Shown here: piece by piece, positions 36,132-48,417 of the stretch | Position numbering within the stretch: position 1 is the first letter of the stretch | Layout of the letters: every line of letters starts with the position of its first letter | Assembly (NCBI GenBank): GCA_002269645.1 | Contig: NIVC01000169.1 | Location: 588,097-652,096, forward strand | Reading direction: 5' to 3' | Source of the DNA: Macrostomum lignano | Taxonomy: Eukaryota | Length of the DNA stretch: 64,000 nucleotides | Translations under genes and position numbers: made by a program | The notes under the pieces: model-generated | The model's database searches: none | What the model was told of the DNA's origin: nothing | What the model saw: the letters and a program-made list of their open reading frames with translations, nothing else

Positions 36132-36881
36132 CTACTCGGCAGCCTTTTGGATCGCCTTGGGGACGTCCTTGATCTTCGGTGGCTGCCTGGTTGGCAGAGC
36201 CTCGAACGGCGCCTCGATGCACAGCCGGCCGTCCTGACTCAGCTTGCTGGCCACCTGATCCAGCTTGGTGCCGGCGGGCAGCTGGAACTCTCTCTCCAGC
36301 CGCTTGTGGATCCGCTGCCCGTTCGACTCGTCCTTGTGCTCAGCCTCGACTCGGACGCGGTCGCCCTGCTGCTTGATGCGAATCTCGTCCGGCTTGAACC
36401 GCTTGGTGCCGTCGTCGGCCTCCACCAGCTGGCCGGACTGCAGGTCGCCTCGCAGCAGGCCGCGCAGCTCGTCCCACACCGAGTCACCCTGCCGCTGCTG
36501 CAGCTGCTGCTCCTTGAACGGCGCCTTCAGCACCAGCATGCCGTCCTGGGTGAAGCCGCTGCTCAGCTTCTCAGCGTCCACCTCCTCGGGCAGGTCCACC
36601 GTCCGCTTCACCTCCGTCACGTCGTCGCCGTTCTCGAGTCGAGCCACGACGCGCACCTTTCGGTCCTCTCGCTTCACCGACACGTCCTTGGGCGAGAAGC
36701 CGCGAAGGTCGACAGTCCGGGACCAGTGGCGCGGTCGCTTCGGACCTCGGTGACACCACAGGTGCACCAGCGGGTCGTACTCAGGCGTCAGCCAGTCGTC
36801 CAGCTCGCTCATGGCTGTCACAAGCGGCAGCGCGTGCGAGAACGGCGTGAACACGTTCGTGGGGGAGATCCAGAGCGACAT
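36132..36881 (-). CDS. Small heat-shock protein copy 2 (two ACDs), with a 9-aa in-frame deletion and a different C-terminus
   Basis: Near-identical to 23164-23961 but lacks AELSVREFK; ends ...KDVPKAIQKAAE*. Confidence 0.85.
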   Translation of the reverse strand: MSLWISPTNVFTPFSHALPLVTAMSELDDWLTPEYDPLVHLWCHRGPKRPRHWSRTVDLRGFSPKDVSVKREDRKVRVVARLENGDDVTEVKRTVDLPEEVDAEKLSSGFTQDGMLVLKAPFKEQQLQQRQGDSVWDELRGLLRGDLQSGQLVEADDGTKRFKPDEIRIKQQGDRVRVEAEHKDESNGQRIHKRLEREFQLPAGTKLDQVASKLSQDGRLCIEAPFEALPTRQPPKIKDVPKAIQKAAE

Positions 36882-37736
36882 TGTCGCTTGTAGAATGTCG
36901 GTTTGGTAGGTTTGCAAGGGAGAATTTTATCAGTACAACACAAAAAATAGGGAAAAATGTTGATATTTCTACTATCAGTAAGCTAAACGAACTTGTCTGA
37001 ATTTTTTTAATACTGAACTATATTCAAATGTTCAATGAACGTTATGTCTAACGTTCTAGAATACCGTTGAATTGCTTACGACAGATCATAAACACTTTTC
37101 TGGAGAAATTGACTTGTAGTTTCGATCCAAGTAGGTTGTTGCCTACTTCTGAAATCACACATCAATGGAAGGATATACAGACAAACCATTTTGGATGCAC
37201 AAGAATTTCCCACAGGAAGTTTTACCGCCGAGGTTTTCTTGCAGGGTTTTTACAGTCGGAATTTCAAGTCAAATCCAGTCTATAGACAGTGCTGGACTAG
37301 ATTAGAACTTGCCTTGACTAGACATAAACTAGACTAGATTACAAATCCGATTGGAATTGACTTGGCACACCTGCCATATTTCCCACTTGATGATTGGTGG
37401 TTGCTATCCAAGAAAACAATGGTCACCCACTTCAATGCAGGACACTTGAATACTTGAAATCGTATTAAAGACGCGATGTCGCAGTTTCTGAAGTGTCTTG
37501 TAGCCAATCAATCAAAAGTCTATCTGTCAAATTTTTCATTTTACAAGCTGGTGAAAACCCTAACTGTCAGTGGATAAATGACCTCACCTCTCAATCATGG
37601 CGGGTAAAGAGAGAACTCAATGAATAGAAATTAAGAATTCAAGTTTGCAACCTCCATTTCCTACTATAAAAATGGGAAATAGAAAACCAGATATTTATCT
37701 GAAAATCTTATACAATCGGCTAAGTTAAAGTTAGCA

Positions 37737-40700
37737 ATGACCCTAGCAACGGTTGCCACGGCCGCACTGCTGCTGCAGCTGACGGCGCCAGGCGCCTGCA
37801 GCGAGCCCGATCAGTACCTGTACTCACCGGGCCAGGCGCACTGGGACAGCGGCAAAGCCGCAGAGTCCGGACAGCCGGCCGCGCTTGTGGCCGCCCGCTC
37901 GGACATCGAGTGCGCGTCCAAATGCGAGGCCGCATCTCGCAGCTGCGTCGGGGTCGCCTGGTGCCCTCGCGACGAGTCCGCCGGAGACTGCCGGCTTCTC
38001 GGCGACACGGCCGACGCCTCCGCGATGCCGTCGGGGTGTCGGGTGCTGGCGCTGAGCAACAGGCGTCGAGGTAAGCAGCGGTCCGAGCTTCAGGAAGAGC
38101 TCTCAGAATCTACAATGAGTTCTTTGGCTGCATGACTTGATTATTTAATCTATGGCTTGATGACTTGATATTAATTATTCGGCTTGATGGCTTGATTATT
38201 GATTCTATGGATGGATGACTTGATTATCGATTCTATTGCTTGATGACTTACTTATTGATTCTATGGCTTGATGACTTGATTATCGATTCTATTGCTTGAT
38301 GACTTGATTATTGATTCTATGGCTTGATGACTTGATTATCGATTCTATTGCTTGATGACTTGATTATTGATTCTATGGCTTGATGACTTGATTATTGATT
38401 CTATGGCTTGATGACTTGATTATTTTTCTATGGCTTTATGACTTGATTATTGATTCTATGGCTTGATGACTTGATTATTGATTCTATGGCTTGATGACTT
38501 GATTATTTTTCTATGGCTTGATGACTTGATTATCAATTCTTTGGCTTGATGACTTGATTATCGATTCTATGGCTTGATGACTTGATTATCGATTCTATGG
38601 CTTGATGACTTACTTATTGATTCTATGGCTTGATGACTTGATTATTGATTCTATGGCTTGATGACTTGATTATCAATTCTTTGGCTTGATGACTTGATTA
38701 TTGAGCTCAATCTGTGAATCTCCGGTCCGCAGTGAGCGGCGGCTGGTGTCCCTGGAGCTCGTGGACCTCCTGGAGCGCCGATTGCCACGCCGCTCAACGC
38801 CTCCGCGGTCGAAGCTGCCGATGCCCGAGTCCGCAGGCTCCTGCCGCCGGGGCCAACTGCGAGGACGGCACAGCCGACGGAGGCGACTCGCAGAACGAGC
38901 AGCGCTTCATCGGCTGGTGCGCCTGGGAGGACTGGGCGACCTGGAGCTCAGGTGAGGCTTCAGAACCGTTTTGAGCATCTACTGTGAACAAACACTTCGG
39001 TAGTGAGCTCTCTGTGACCAAACACTTCGGTAGTGAGCTCTCTGTGACCAAACACTTCGGTAGTGAGCTCTCTGTGACCAAACACTTCGGTAGTGAGCTC
39101 TCTGTGACCAAACACTTCGGTAGTGAGCTCTCTGTGACCAAACACTTCGCTAGTGAGCTCTCTGTGACCAAACACTTCGCTAGTGAGCTCTCTGTGACCA
39201 AACACTTCGCTAGTGAGCTCTCTGTGACCAAACACTTCGCTAGTGAGCTCTCTGTGAGCAAACACTTCGGTAGTGAGCTCTCTGTGACCAAACACTTCGC
39301 TAGTGAGCTCCCGAAAAAAGAACTTCGCTGAAAACATGCGCAATATTCCAGGTTGCAACTCGAACAAGCAACGCACCAGGGAGAGGAACTGCAGCTGCCC
39401 CATCGCTCCGGTAGCGACTCCGTCAACTGAGGCTTTGCAGACTGCCGCCAGGTTCATGGGCTGGTGCGAGTGGCAGGACTGGAGCACCTGGACTACAGGT
39501 GAGCCTAGCGACAAATTCCTTGCATGCTTTGAAGTGTGTTTGGCAAATATTGTCAGTGCTAAACTGAAGTGGCTGGCTTTCTCTGGCTCTTAAAGGTAGC
39601 CCTCGCCCAAGACAAGAAGGCACATTATAAGCATTGTCTATTGTATAAATATCGATAAATTACATGTAGATTCAGGAGTCAGGAGGCCCTTATTTAGAGT
39701 TTGTGCTCACAACAGACTTGCTTTTGGCTAAAAAAGTAAACGATGGCACTTCAGTTTCACCGAGTGTGGATGACTTCTTAGGTATGTACCATGCAGATAA
39801 TGCTCACCAGTGCTCAAAAACATTTCTCCAGGCTGCAACTCGAACCAGCAGCGCACCAGGGTGAGGAGCTGCAGCTGCGTGACCATTGCAGTCGCCACGC
39901 CGTCCACTGAGGCTTCTCAAACTGACTCCAGATACATGGGCTGGTGCGCGTGGCAGGGCTGGAGCACCTGGACTACAGGTGAGCTTGAGGATTGTTTGCG
40001 TAAAATGCCACAGTCAATCAGGGTTCGTTGTGTTTTCATTCGAATATCTTTTATTATTCACTGGGACGGGGGTTGAGCAACCTGCTAGAATTTTACTAAA
40101 TTGCTCTGAAGTACGAAGTAACAGAAAATTAAAAATTAAAAAACGACTGGGTCTCGAATAAGGCCTTTGGTTTGATTTTGCGTTCGTTTACATTAATTTG
40201 GAGCTTGTACACGAAAATTTCGGTGTTGTGCAATTCATACTCATGAAGGCCAATTTTGAAGGCACAGGGAGTGTACATACCTGCTGCCTGCGACGATTAG
40301 AAAGCCAGGGTCGCGCTGCGCACCATGTGTGAAGGTGTGCAGGAGTGCAGTACCTGCGTACAGTATTGCGCGCTTTTATGCATGTTCTCAGGAGTCAGGA
40401 GAACTTGCACAGCGCTGGTTGAGATGACGATGACACTAGAGGCGTTGCTCTAGCGTGCCCACAGCTCAATTATGAATATTATTATATTACCTTAGGTAGT
40501 TGTTTAAAAATTTTGAAACAATTGAAATGCCACACATTCCAGGCTGCAACTCGAACCAGCAGCGCACCAGGGTGAGGAGCTGCAGCTGCGTCACCACCGC
40601 CGTCGCCACGCCGTCCACTGAGGCTTCTCAAACTGACACCAGATACATGGGCTGGTGCGCGTGGCAGGGCTGGAGCACCTGGACTACAGGTGAGCTTGAG

Positions 40701-41612
40701 GATTGTGTACCTCTACCACTCTCAGTCAGGGTTTGTTTTGACTTCTTGCAAATTGGCTCAAATCCGTATCTGTTAAAGCTTCTGGATTATAAAATTAATG
40801 GTTTCACGTAGCTCATGTAATCCGATCACTGGACGTTAATACTGTCGCAGTGATGAGTTGAATTTTTCAAATTCTACAGCCAGAAGGTAATGCTGGATTG
40901 CAAATAGATTTTTCGAGGCCAAGCGACCTGCTTAAATTTTTGTTTAAATTTAGGTTGCAACAAATTGAGGACAAAATTTTGCTAAACCAAGTCAGTGAGA
41001 TGATCAAATGCCACACATTCCAGGCTGCAACTCGAACCAGCGGCGCATCAGGACAAGGAGCTGCAGCTGCGTCACCACTGCCGTCGCTACGCCGTCCACT
41101 GAGGCTTCTGAAACGGACACTAGATACATGGGTTGGTGCCAATAGCAGGACTGGAGCACCTGGACTACAGGTGAGCTTGAGAAGTAATAGAACTAATAGA
41201 ACTCAAACATATGGAGCCTCCGATTTTTTTTGACCATGTGCATTGATAATCCCAGTATGATAAATCATGATTGCTGTATCGTAGTGTTTTGAGTATCGAG
41301 TACTCATAATTGTCATTTTAAGGCTGCAACGTGATTCAGCGGCGAACGAGGGGTCGAACCTGCGGCTGCATCACCGGCCCTGTCACTTCGCCGTCTACTG
41401 AAACTTCTCAAACTAGCACTAGATTCATGGGCTGGTGCCCCTGGGACTCGTGGAGCAGCTGGTCTGGCTGGTACAAAAGCAACTGTGTCATCCTGTGGAA
41501 AAGAAAGAAGCGCACTCGAACCCGAAGCTGTAGCTGCACAGTGAGCTACACGTCAAGTCCGTCCACTTCGAACCTTGAGACCGACGAAACTCGCTGCAAT
41601 TTTAAAGGATAG
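37737..41612 (+). CDS. Secreted PAN/apple + TSR-like protein, copy 2 (one extra cassette exon carrying a nonsense codon)
   Basis: Exons 37737-38070, 38733-38951, 39352-39498, 39832-39978, 40543-40689, 41024-41170 (TAG at 41143-41145), 41323-41612. Confidence 0.85.
38130..38705. repeat. Intronic 28-bp minisatellite (reverse complement of the 33520-33905 array)
   Basis: About 20 copies. Confidence 0.95.
38984..39310. repeat. Intronic 30-bp minisatellite (reverse complement of the 30900-33250 array), ~11 copies
   Basis: Same unit, far fewer copies. Confidence 0.95.
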
Positions 41613-42399
41613 TCATTATTTTGTACAATGGGTCGAATCATCTTGAACGAAGACAAAGCGAACATCTGAACGACCGGCTTTCAAGGACTTATTGAATACC
41701 CTTTTCCTAACTTTTAGAACTCCTGCTAAAAGTACGTCTCTCTCCCAGAATATTCGCCGTTAATTTGTCGAATTTATTTTATTCAGACCGATAGGTGCAG
41801 CCGTGTCACCGATCTATCTTTGTGTTACTGACGGCAAATTAACATTACAACTTTTTTGTTTTACATACAACTTTTAGATTATTAATATTAAATAATTAAA
41901 ACAAAAGCAAGGCATCAACAAATTAAATTTTTAATCGCCTTAAAATCATTTTTTTCTGAATTATGAACAACAGAAATGACACGCAAGCAAACGGTTTTTA
42001 ACTAAGTACTTTTCGTCCAACCCCAGTAAAACTATTCAAATAAGATTATAGAAGATTATACATGCCTTTCGAGATATTTATAAAAATAGCTCCTGAAAAA
42101 GCTTAATCTCATATAAAACTTAGACAAATAAGTTTTACGGGATATTATATAATAAATCTTACCAAATAAAATATCAAAGAATGCAAATATTGAACCGGAA
42201 AATATTAGTATTTAAAAAAAAGTTATAAAATAAACGTCTACACACTTCCAATTTCCAAGTTCAACTGGAGAACAACACTTAGCTACCATAGACAACACAC
42301 AATAAAACAGAGACAAGCATAGAAACTTATAGCGTATTTACTATATTATAAGTATTGTAGCGTATTTCTATAATTTTCTATAACATGCTTAAATATTCG

Positions 42400-42600
42400 T
42401 ATTCTAGAAAGTTCTCCAACTAAACAACGCGCGTACACGGTATAAGATAGCGTACAGTACAATACTTGTATTCTAGAAACTTCGCGTAAAACACTCACTT
42501 GCTATATTTGGTATTTCGAACTCCCGCGCACCCTTTCTAGAAACTACTTCTCGAACTTTCCGGATTCCGGAATGCTCTATTAACACGAATATAAATATAC
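42400..42600 (+). promoter_or_regulatory. Cluster of heat-shock-element-like motifs followed by a TATA box
   Basis: TTCTAGAAAGTTC (42402), TTCTAGAAACTTC (42471), TTCTAGAA..TTCTCGAACTTTCC (42534-42560), TATAAATA (~42590), then an A-rich leader. Confidence 0.55.
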
Positions 42601-44157
42601 AGCACCCCAACACGCAATTATTCAACTCTCCTCCTTTTCCACACGGAAAACAATCAAAGCAAAACCAAAGTAAACGAACCACCGCGTTTTACGTCTCGAT
42701 TATTTTCGTGATCCTTACAAACTCCCTGACACTGTTTTAACAAAGTATGCATACATCATGAACTTTAACTTAACATTTCGTTCATAAAGTTATCGTCAGC
42801 GTAATACCCCAATTAATTGTTGATGGTGACATTATAGTCCTTAGTTGTAATTAAGTTGTCCTTTTGGACGTTTTCTAATCAAAATTGCACTCCCTTATTT
42901 GGACATCAGATCGTTCGATCGTAGCATCGCATTTGGGTACACATTTACATGTAGGCCCACATCTAAGACATCTAAGTGTGTTTTTTGCCAATAGTCCGGA
43001 TGGGAAGTCGGCCTTCACCTTACGAGTAGCTGAGTCGGTAGAATCAAAGTAGACAACATTTTTTGGCTTAACTCTTGTGTAACTAACTAGCCAACTTAAC
43101 TGATTTAGTCTTTTGAAACAGGTAAACGGTATAACAAGCAACATTTCTATTCTCTCAACTCGATTGACAGTTGCACTCTGATCTATTGTCATAGCGCATG
43201 TGTTTCTTTCTTTCTCTAAGGACAAAATTTTATCTATTTGGATATTACAATATTAACTTTTATTTATGAAGTCAATATGAATCATCTTCTTCAAATCGTT
43301 AGGTAAAGTACTTTATCATTTGCAGTAAGGTTTATATAAAATTCAAAACTTTATCTGAGATTTCCAGTTAAAATTTATCAAAGTTCCAACTACACTTTAC
43401 AGCACTTTTCTACAAATTTTTACAAAACTCGGTGGGTGCTACAAGGGTACCATCTAGATATGTGCAGTTCTATCCATGAGCTGAGGAACCAAGTTGATGC
43501 AGACGTCGTCCAACTCAGCAATTCTACCCTTAAGCCTTGACATCTACCCTTAAGCAATTCCCCCGTAAGCATTGACATCTCAGAAATTCCCCATTCAGCA
43601 TTGACATCTCCGCAATCCCCCGAAGACTTGACATCTCCGCAATCCCCCAAGCGCGCGGATACCTATGCAGTCATACGCACAGGCACACACTCACACAGGA
43701 GTGTACAGCGCCACTAACTTTATTTTCCGTTAGGCATGTACACTTACTTCACTATGCTTTGGAGGTTGGCCATCAAGGGCGTTAATTCCACGAGCAGAGC
43801 CAAGCCGAGATCCCAATTTAGCCCAAATTGATGTGACTGCACTTGGAATCGAGTCTGGGCCACTGGTACATGTACATCAGAGCGCAGCGCTAGACCACTA
43901 GACCCCAACATATCTATATAGTATCTGCATGTCGATTCTTCAGGTGACAATCTGAGATACTGTCGCAACAACTTACTGAACTCCCTTGAGCTTTCAATCA
44001 AACAAATTTACAACTGAATACAACTCAGAGTCTAATTTCTATGGGTAGAAGCGTCGACGCAGTAAGTAAAGTTTAGAAAGCTACACTTGCATGAATACGC
44101 TTTAAGGCTACTGGTAAAATTTGAAATTAAAACATTCGTCACAGCATCCGGAGCATC

Positions 44158-45196
44158 ATGGGCAGCACAATCTCGCACTTCTATTTCGTTCGTTCAGTCC
44201 TGCACTTCATCGGCCACGTTCGTCGCGTGGTGTTCCTCAGGCCCACCCTGCCGCAGGTAGTCGTATCCGAGCTGGTCTACCAGACCCACCTGGACCGCGA
44301 TCGCGTCCATCACATGTTTCGCGTGTTCATCTCCTTGGCCCAGGCGAACGGTCGAGTGACGCCGGAAATTCTATCGGAGAGTCTGCCCGGTTGGTCGACT
44401 AATCCGCTGAAGTCCTACCTGAAACGGGCGATTTTCAACGGCTCTGAGGCGGTCACGTTTCCCGAGTTGGTGAAACGAGTCGCCCTGTTTTGTCCCGAAA
44501 GCCGCTTCAGTCCCGTGGTTAGCGAACTGACCCAGGAGGAAGATGCCAGCTTCTTTGAGGGTGCCGCTAGTAAGAATGAGAGGTAAGTAGGTGAGTGACA
44601 GTGAGATAATGGGTGCAGTTAATTTGTTAGTTTGCGACATGAGTGAGTACATGGGTGATTGTGTATGAATAAGTTTTTGAGTAAGGGAAATGATGAGTGA
44701 TTGAGTTGTCCTGTAATGAGTGAATGACTATAGGAGCTACATGTATTCGTACTTCACAACCATGAGGACCAACCCCCAAGGCGCAGAGTGTTACATGCCT
44801 GCATGACAATTACGCCCGTAGAAAGTTGTAAAACGATGTGAAATATCCTCACCCAGATTCCAAAGGAAGAGGCTGCTGATGCTGTTTGACCTGGCCAATC
44901 AGCGCAGGAACGGGCAAATCTCCTGCTCCGAGTTGGGCCGCCTAATTCGCTGCCTACTCAAGACTACAATCCCGGACGACACTCCGATGATAATTCCGCA
45001 AAAGGTGATCACGGAAATTGCTCAAGTTGTCATTATTAGTGTACACGAGAGAAACGAGGCCCATTGCTGGGCTGTATGCCGCTCCAAGCAGCGAGAAGCG
45101 CTCCTGGCCGAGGAGGAGGCGGTTCAAGGCTCCCATCGGATGGTCATCACTCGGGAGATGTTTCTGAGCGAGCTGAGTAGACAAGATTTCGCTTAA
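44158..45196 (+). CDS. Calcineurin-B/CIB/NCS-like EF-hand protein with degenerate EF loops and an N-myristoylation motif (254 aa)
   Basis: Exons 44158-44582 and 44857-45196 (phase 2). MGSTIS start. LLMLFDLANQRRNGQISCSEL occupies an EF-hand position, and ITREMF is C-terminal EF-like. Confidence 0.75.
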
Positions 45197-45640
45197 CATA
45201 CTACTATAGATAAGGCAGATTAATACTTTAGTAGTATCATAGTCGAAGCGTCAAATCTGCACTTTTGGTGTTTCATGAACGATTGAAGTTTAAAAATTCT
45301 AACTAACTAATCAATCATTTTGACACATTGAAGCCTATCATTAACAATTTGCTATCCCCTGTTAAATTAGTACTGTTCTCCCCTGGGAAATGTGCGAATT
45401 TGTTCTGTACAGCGCAATCCGCCGTCCGCTGGCAAATATGTAATTTTACATTGCACCGACATTCAGCCAACGGGACCGGCGTTGCTGCCGTTCGGATTGC
45501 TGTACTGCACTACATTTTCGGGTGTACCTCCCGGTTGTAAAAGTTCTCTCTGTTTGGGAACTCCCGTCCAAGCCGTAAAAGTTTCATGTATTTTAGACTT
45601 TATGCAGTACATACAGTAGATGTATGTGGCATGATTCAAG

Positions 45641-46575
45641 TGAAGTAGACGCCGTTAGCTTCCCAGTTTAGGCCCTTAAGTTCACCTTAAGTCTCGAGCC
45701 TCTTCTGTGGGAAGTCTTCTTAGCTCTTAGTAGCGTAGGTAGTGCTGCCACCAGTTCCTTCAGGTCTCGGCCTTCGGTGAGGTGAGCTTCCCGTCGGAAC
45801 GAAATAAAGAAGTCAACGAACTCAGCACCGTGTGCAGATTTGCAGCTCAACGTGCAGGGCGTCTCGTCAGCAGATCCTGCCGGGCTTGGTGAGTGGATGG
45901 GAGGGCTGTGTTAGCCTCTCGTAGGCTCGGGGTTGGCTTTAGATGGGTCTCAGTCAGGCCAATAGCAGAGAACTCAATGTACGCAGACAGAGAACGGGCG
46001 TTCAATCTCAGACAAGGGCTCACACAGGATCTTGGAAGACGAAACTCGCACGAAAGACTATGTCTCGGAAAACCAGTTGACGGAAACAAGGGGGAGAGGG
46101 GTCCTATTTATAGCAGCGCTCACCAGACCTCGTGACTTGTTCTATTTTTAGAATTGACGTCACTTGAGGTCTCCGGGCAGAGTGCACCAGGCTGTGACTC
46201 AGTATCTATTTTTAGAAAGATGAGTCGACCACTCCTCTCCTTAGAGAAGGGAAGGGCCTTAGGCACGTGATTCTCCCGGTAAGCAGGACCAGCGCGAGTG
46301 CAGTAAACATGTTTACTACACTTTAGGACTCCAAGAAGCAAGACCTGTCATGTGACTTGCTCAACCAAACAAGGACAGCCCACAGCAGAGGAGCTGAAGG
46401 CCGAGAACAATAAAGGCACAGGAAACGAACAGAAGGGAGAGAAGGGGCAGCAAACAGGCAGCCAAAAGGGAAGCGGGAAGCTGACCAGCGGCAGACAGCA
46501 ACCCAGGGCAAGAACAAGGGTGAGGGGACTGCTGACAAAGGGGGACGCCTTACACTAAACTAGCGGCTCACTACA
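45641..46575 (-). mobile_element. Probable solo LTR (935 bp)
   Basis: TG...CA termini, 4-bp direct repeat CAAG on both flanks (45637-45640, 46576-46579), internal TATAAATA on the minus strand (~46105-46112), no coding capacity. Confidence 0.5.
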
Positions 46576-48128
46576 CAAGTAAGAGAGAGTATTACTTATT
46601 GGCGCAAAATGTGCAAATGTCGACATTTTCCAAAAGTAAAACTGTACATATTGACTAATTCACATCTACGCATATGCATTTCACTGTGTGCACGACACGA
46701 GCGTAAAGACGACCGTGAACAATTCGATTAATTCAGCACCCGTCACTACAGAGACGGTGTATGTACAGTCAAATTATTGTCGCCCCTAGCTATTTGAGTT
46801 CATTCAAAGTATACATGTAAATTACCGGGCTGAGGGCAAAAAGCTAAGGGCGCCTGGGATATAATAAGCTTATCATTCCAGTGGGTAAGCCACGGTTGAA
46901 TCAACCGGATGGCACTGTTGAGGCCATTGATCGTTGCTTCTCATCGAAGAATTACCCGTTACATGTACGTGTTGTTCCGTGAAACAACGTTGGGCCAGCG
47001 ATGGGTCTCGATGGTTGAACTACATGCAAATCGACGCTCTTAAGGCTCTTATAATAATCGGGAGTCCCAGCTCTTTATATGCATCAGTCTCTCGGCTGCT
47101 ATTTAATTAGGGTATATTAGGGTATATTTTGATCACCGAAACAAATACAGTACATTTAGTATCTGTGGGGAGGACTCAGTCTTAGTCTTAGTGGTTCTCC
47201 GCTTGTGGAGCTAGTTCTACAAAGCATGCACCGCGTAAAATTAAATTATCGGGTCGAGTAAAGAAACTACTTTCTTAATTTTATAAAATGTGTTAACAAC
47301 GTAAAGCGAAAACACTATAAATTTTGCTTATTAAAAGCCTAGTTTTGTTCTACTGTTGTTCTACTGGTTTCTTGGAATACGCCAAATTTTACACGCGCAG
47401 TGGATCAGGTCATGTATAATGTACTGTACTGAGTACTGGGCGACTGGCCAATGGTTCAATGCCAAGGGGACTTGACAAAACGTAGTTCTTAGACCTTTTT
47501 CAGTTTCCTGCAAACTCATTTATTTACTCACTGAACTTAAAAGTTACCAGGTCCAATTGACTCCTATCTACATGTCATACAACGTCGACAGTCGACATAA
47601 CATAACTATATTTAGCTCTAACACTAAGAAACATCAGATAACTTTATTCGATTTTCGAATTCTGCTGTGCCAAAAAGAACTTAAAGAACTGGGACAAATA
47701 AACCATAAAGTTCAACTTAATTTCCTCGTATGTAACTGTGTAGACCTCGACACATTCATAGATATATTATATTATACAATAATATAGGCCCTAGGGCTAG
47801 GGCCTCAGTCGACAGTCTAAGGCTATAGCAGTAAGCAGTTATGTAGGTACTTATGTAGGCCTATGACTGTGTCTTAGGCCTATGTAGAAGTATTTTTTCA
47901 TGTAGGCCTAGTTTATGTAGTCTGTAGATATTTGATATTTGATAATGATAGGCCTAGGCCTACAGGCTAGGCCCCTACATTTTCATTTTTTGTCATTTTG
48001 CAATTTTTTCAACAAATCATTTTTGTCATTTTTGTCACAGAAAAATATCTATCTTGCCTTTGTTTTTATTGTAGGCCTATGGTTATGGATTAGGTTGTGG
48101 GCAATGTAGGATGATAATTACAAACTAT

Positions 48129-48240
48129 GGCTATCCTGTAGTTTCGCACGTTAAATTATTTTACGGAATTATTTCGCCCTCTATTCAAGGGTGGTGGGGG
48201 GTGGGGGTAATAATTTAACGTGCGAAACTACAGGATAGCC
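48129..48240. mobile_element. 112-bp MITE with 32-bp perfect TIRs and 8-bp TSD (Merlin-like)
   Basis: TIR GGCTATCCTGTAGTTTCGCACGTTAAATTATT; TSD CAAACTAT at 48121-48128 and 48241-48248. Confidence 0.9.
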
Positions 48241-48417
48241 CAAACTATGTGAAGTGAATGTGAGTTTGCTATACTATATTGCTACATGTATGTTTTTAAT
48301 TAAATACTTTTTTGTTTTAAAACATGATACTTATAGTTATAGAAAGTTAAAATACTAATACAAATAAATTAGAAAACAACTTTTAATATACTAAATTATA
48401 GGCCCCCTATCCACGGT

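Noticed and set aside
42875-43225. 116-aa minus-strand ORF with a YFDS motif (Ulp1/adenain-like protease?)
   Set aside because: Catalytic His and Gln/Cys motifs are absent, codon usage is AT-rich unlike the host genes, and there is no consistent splice partner.
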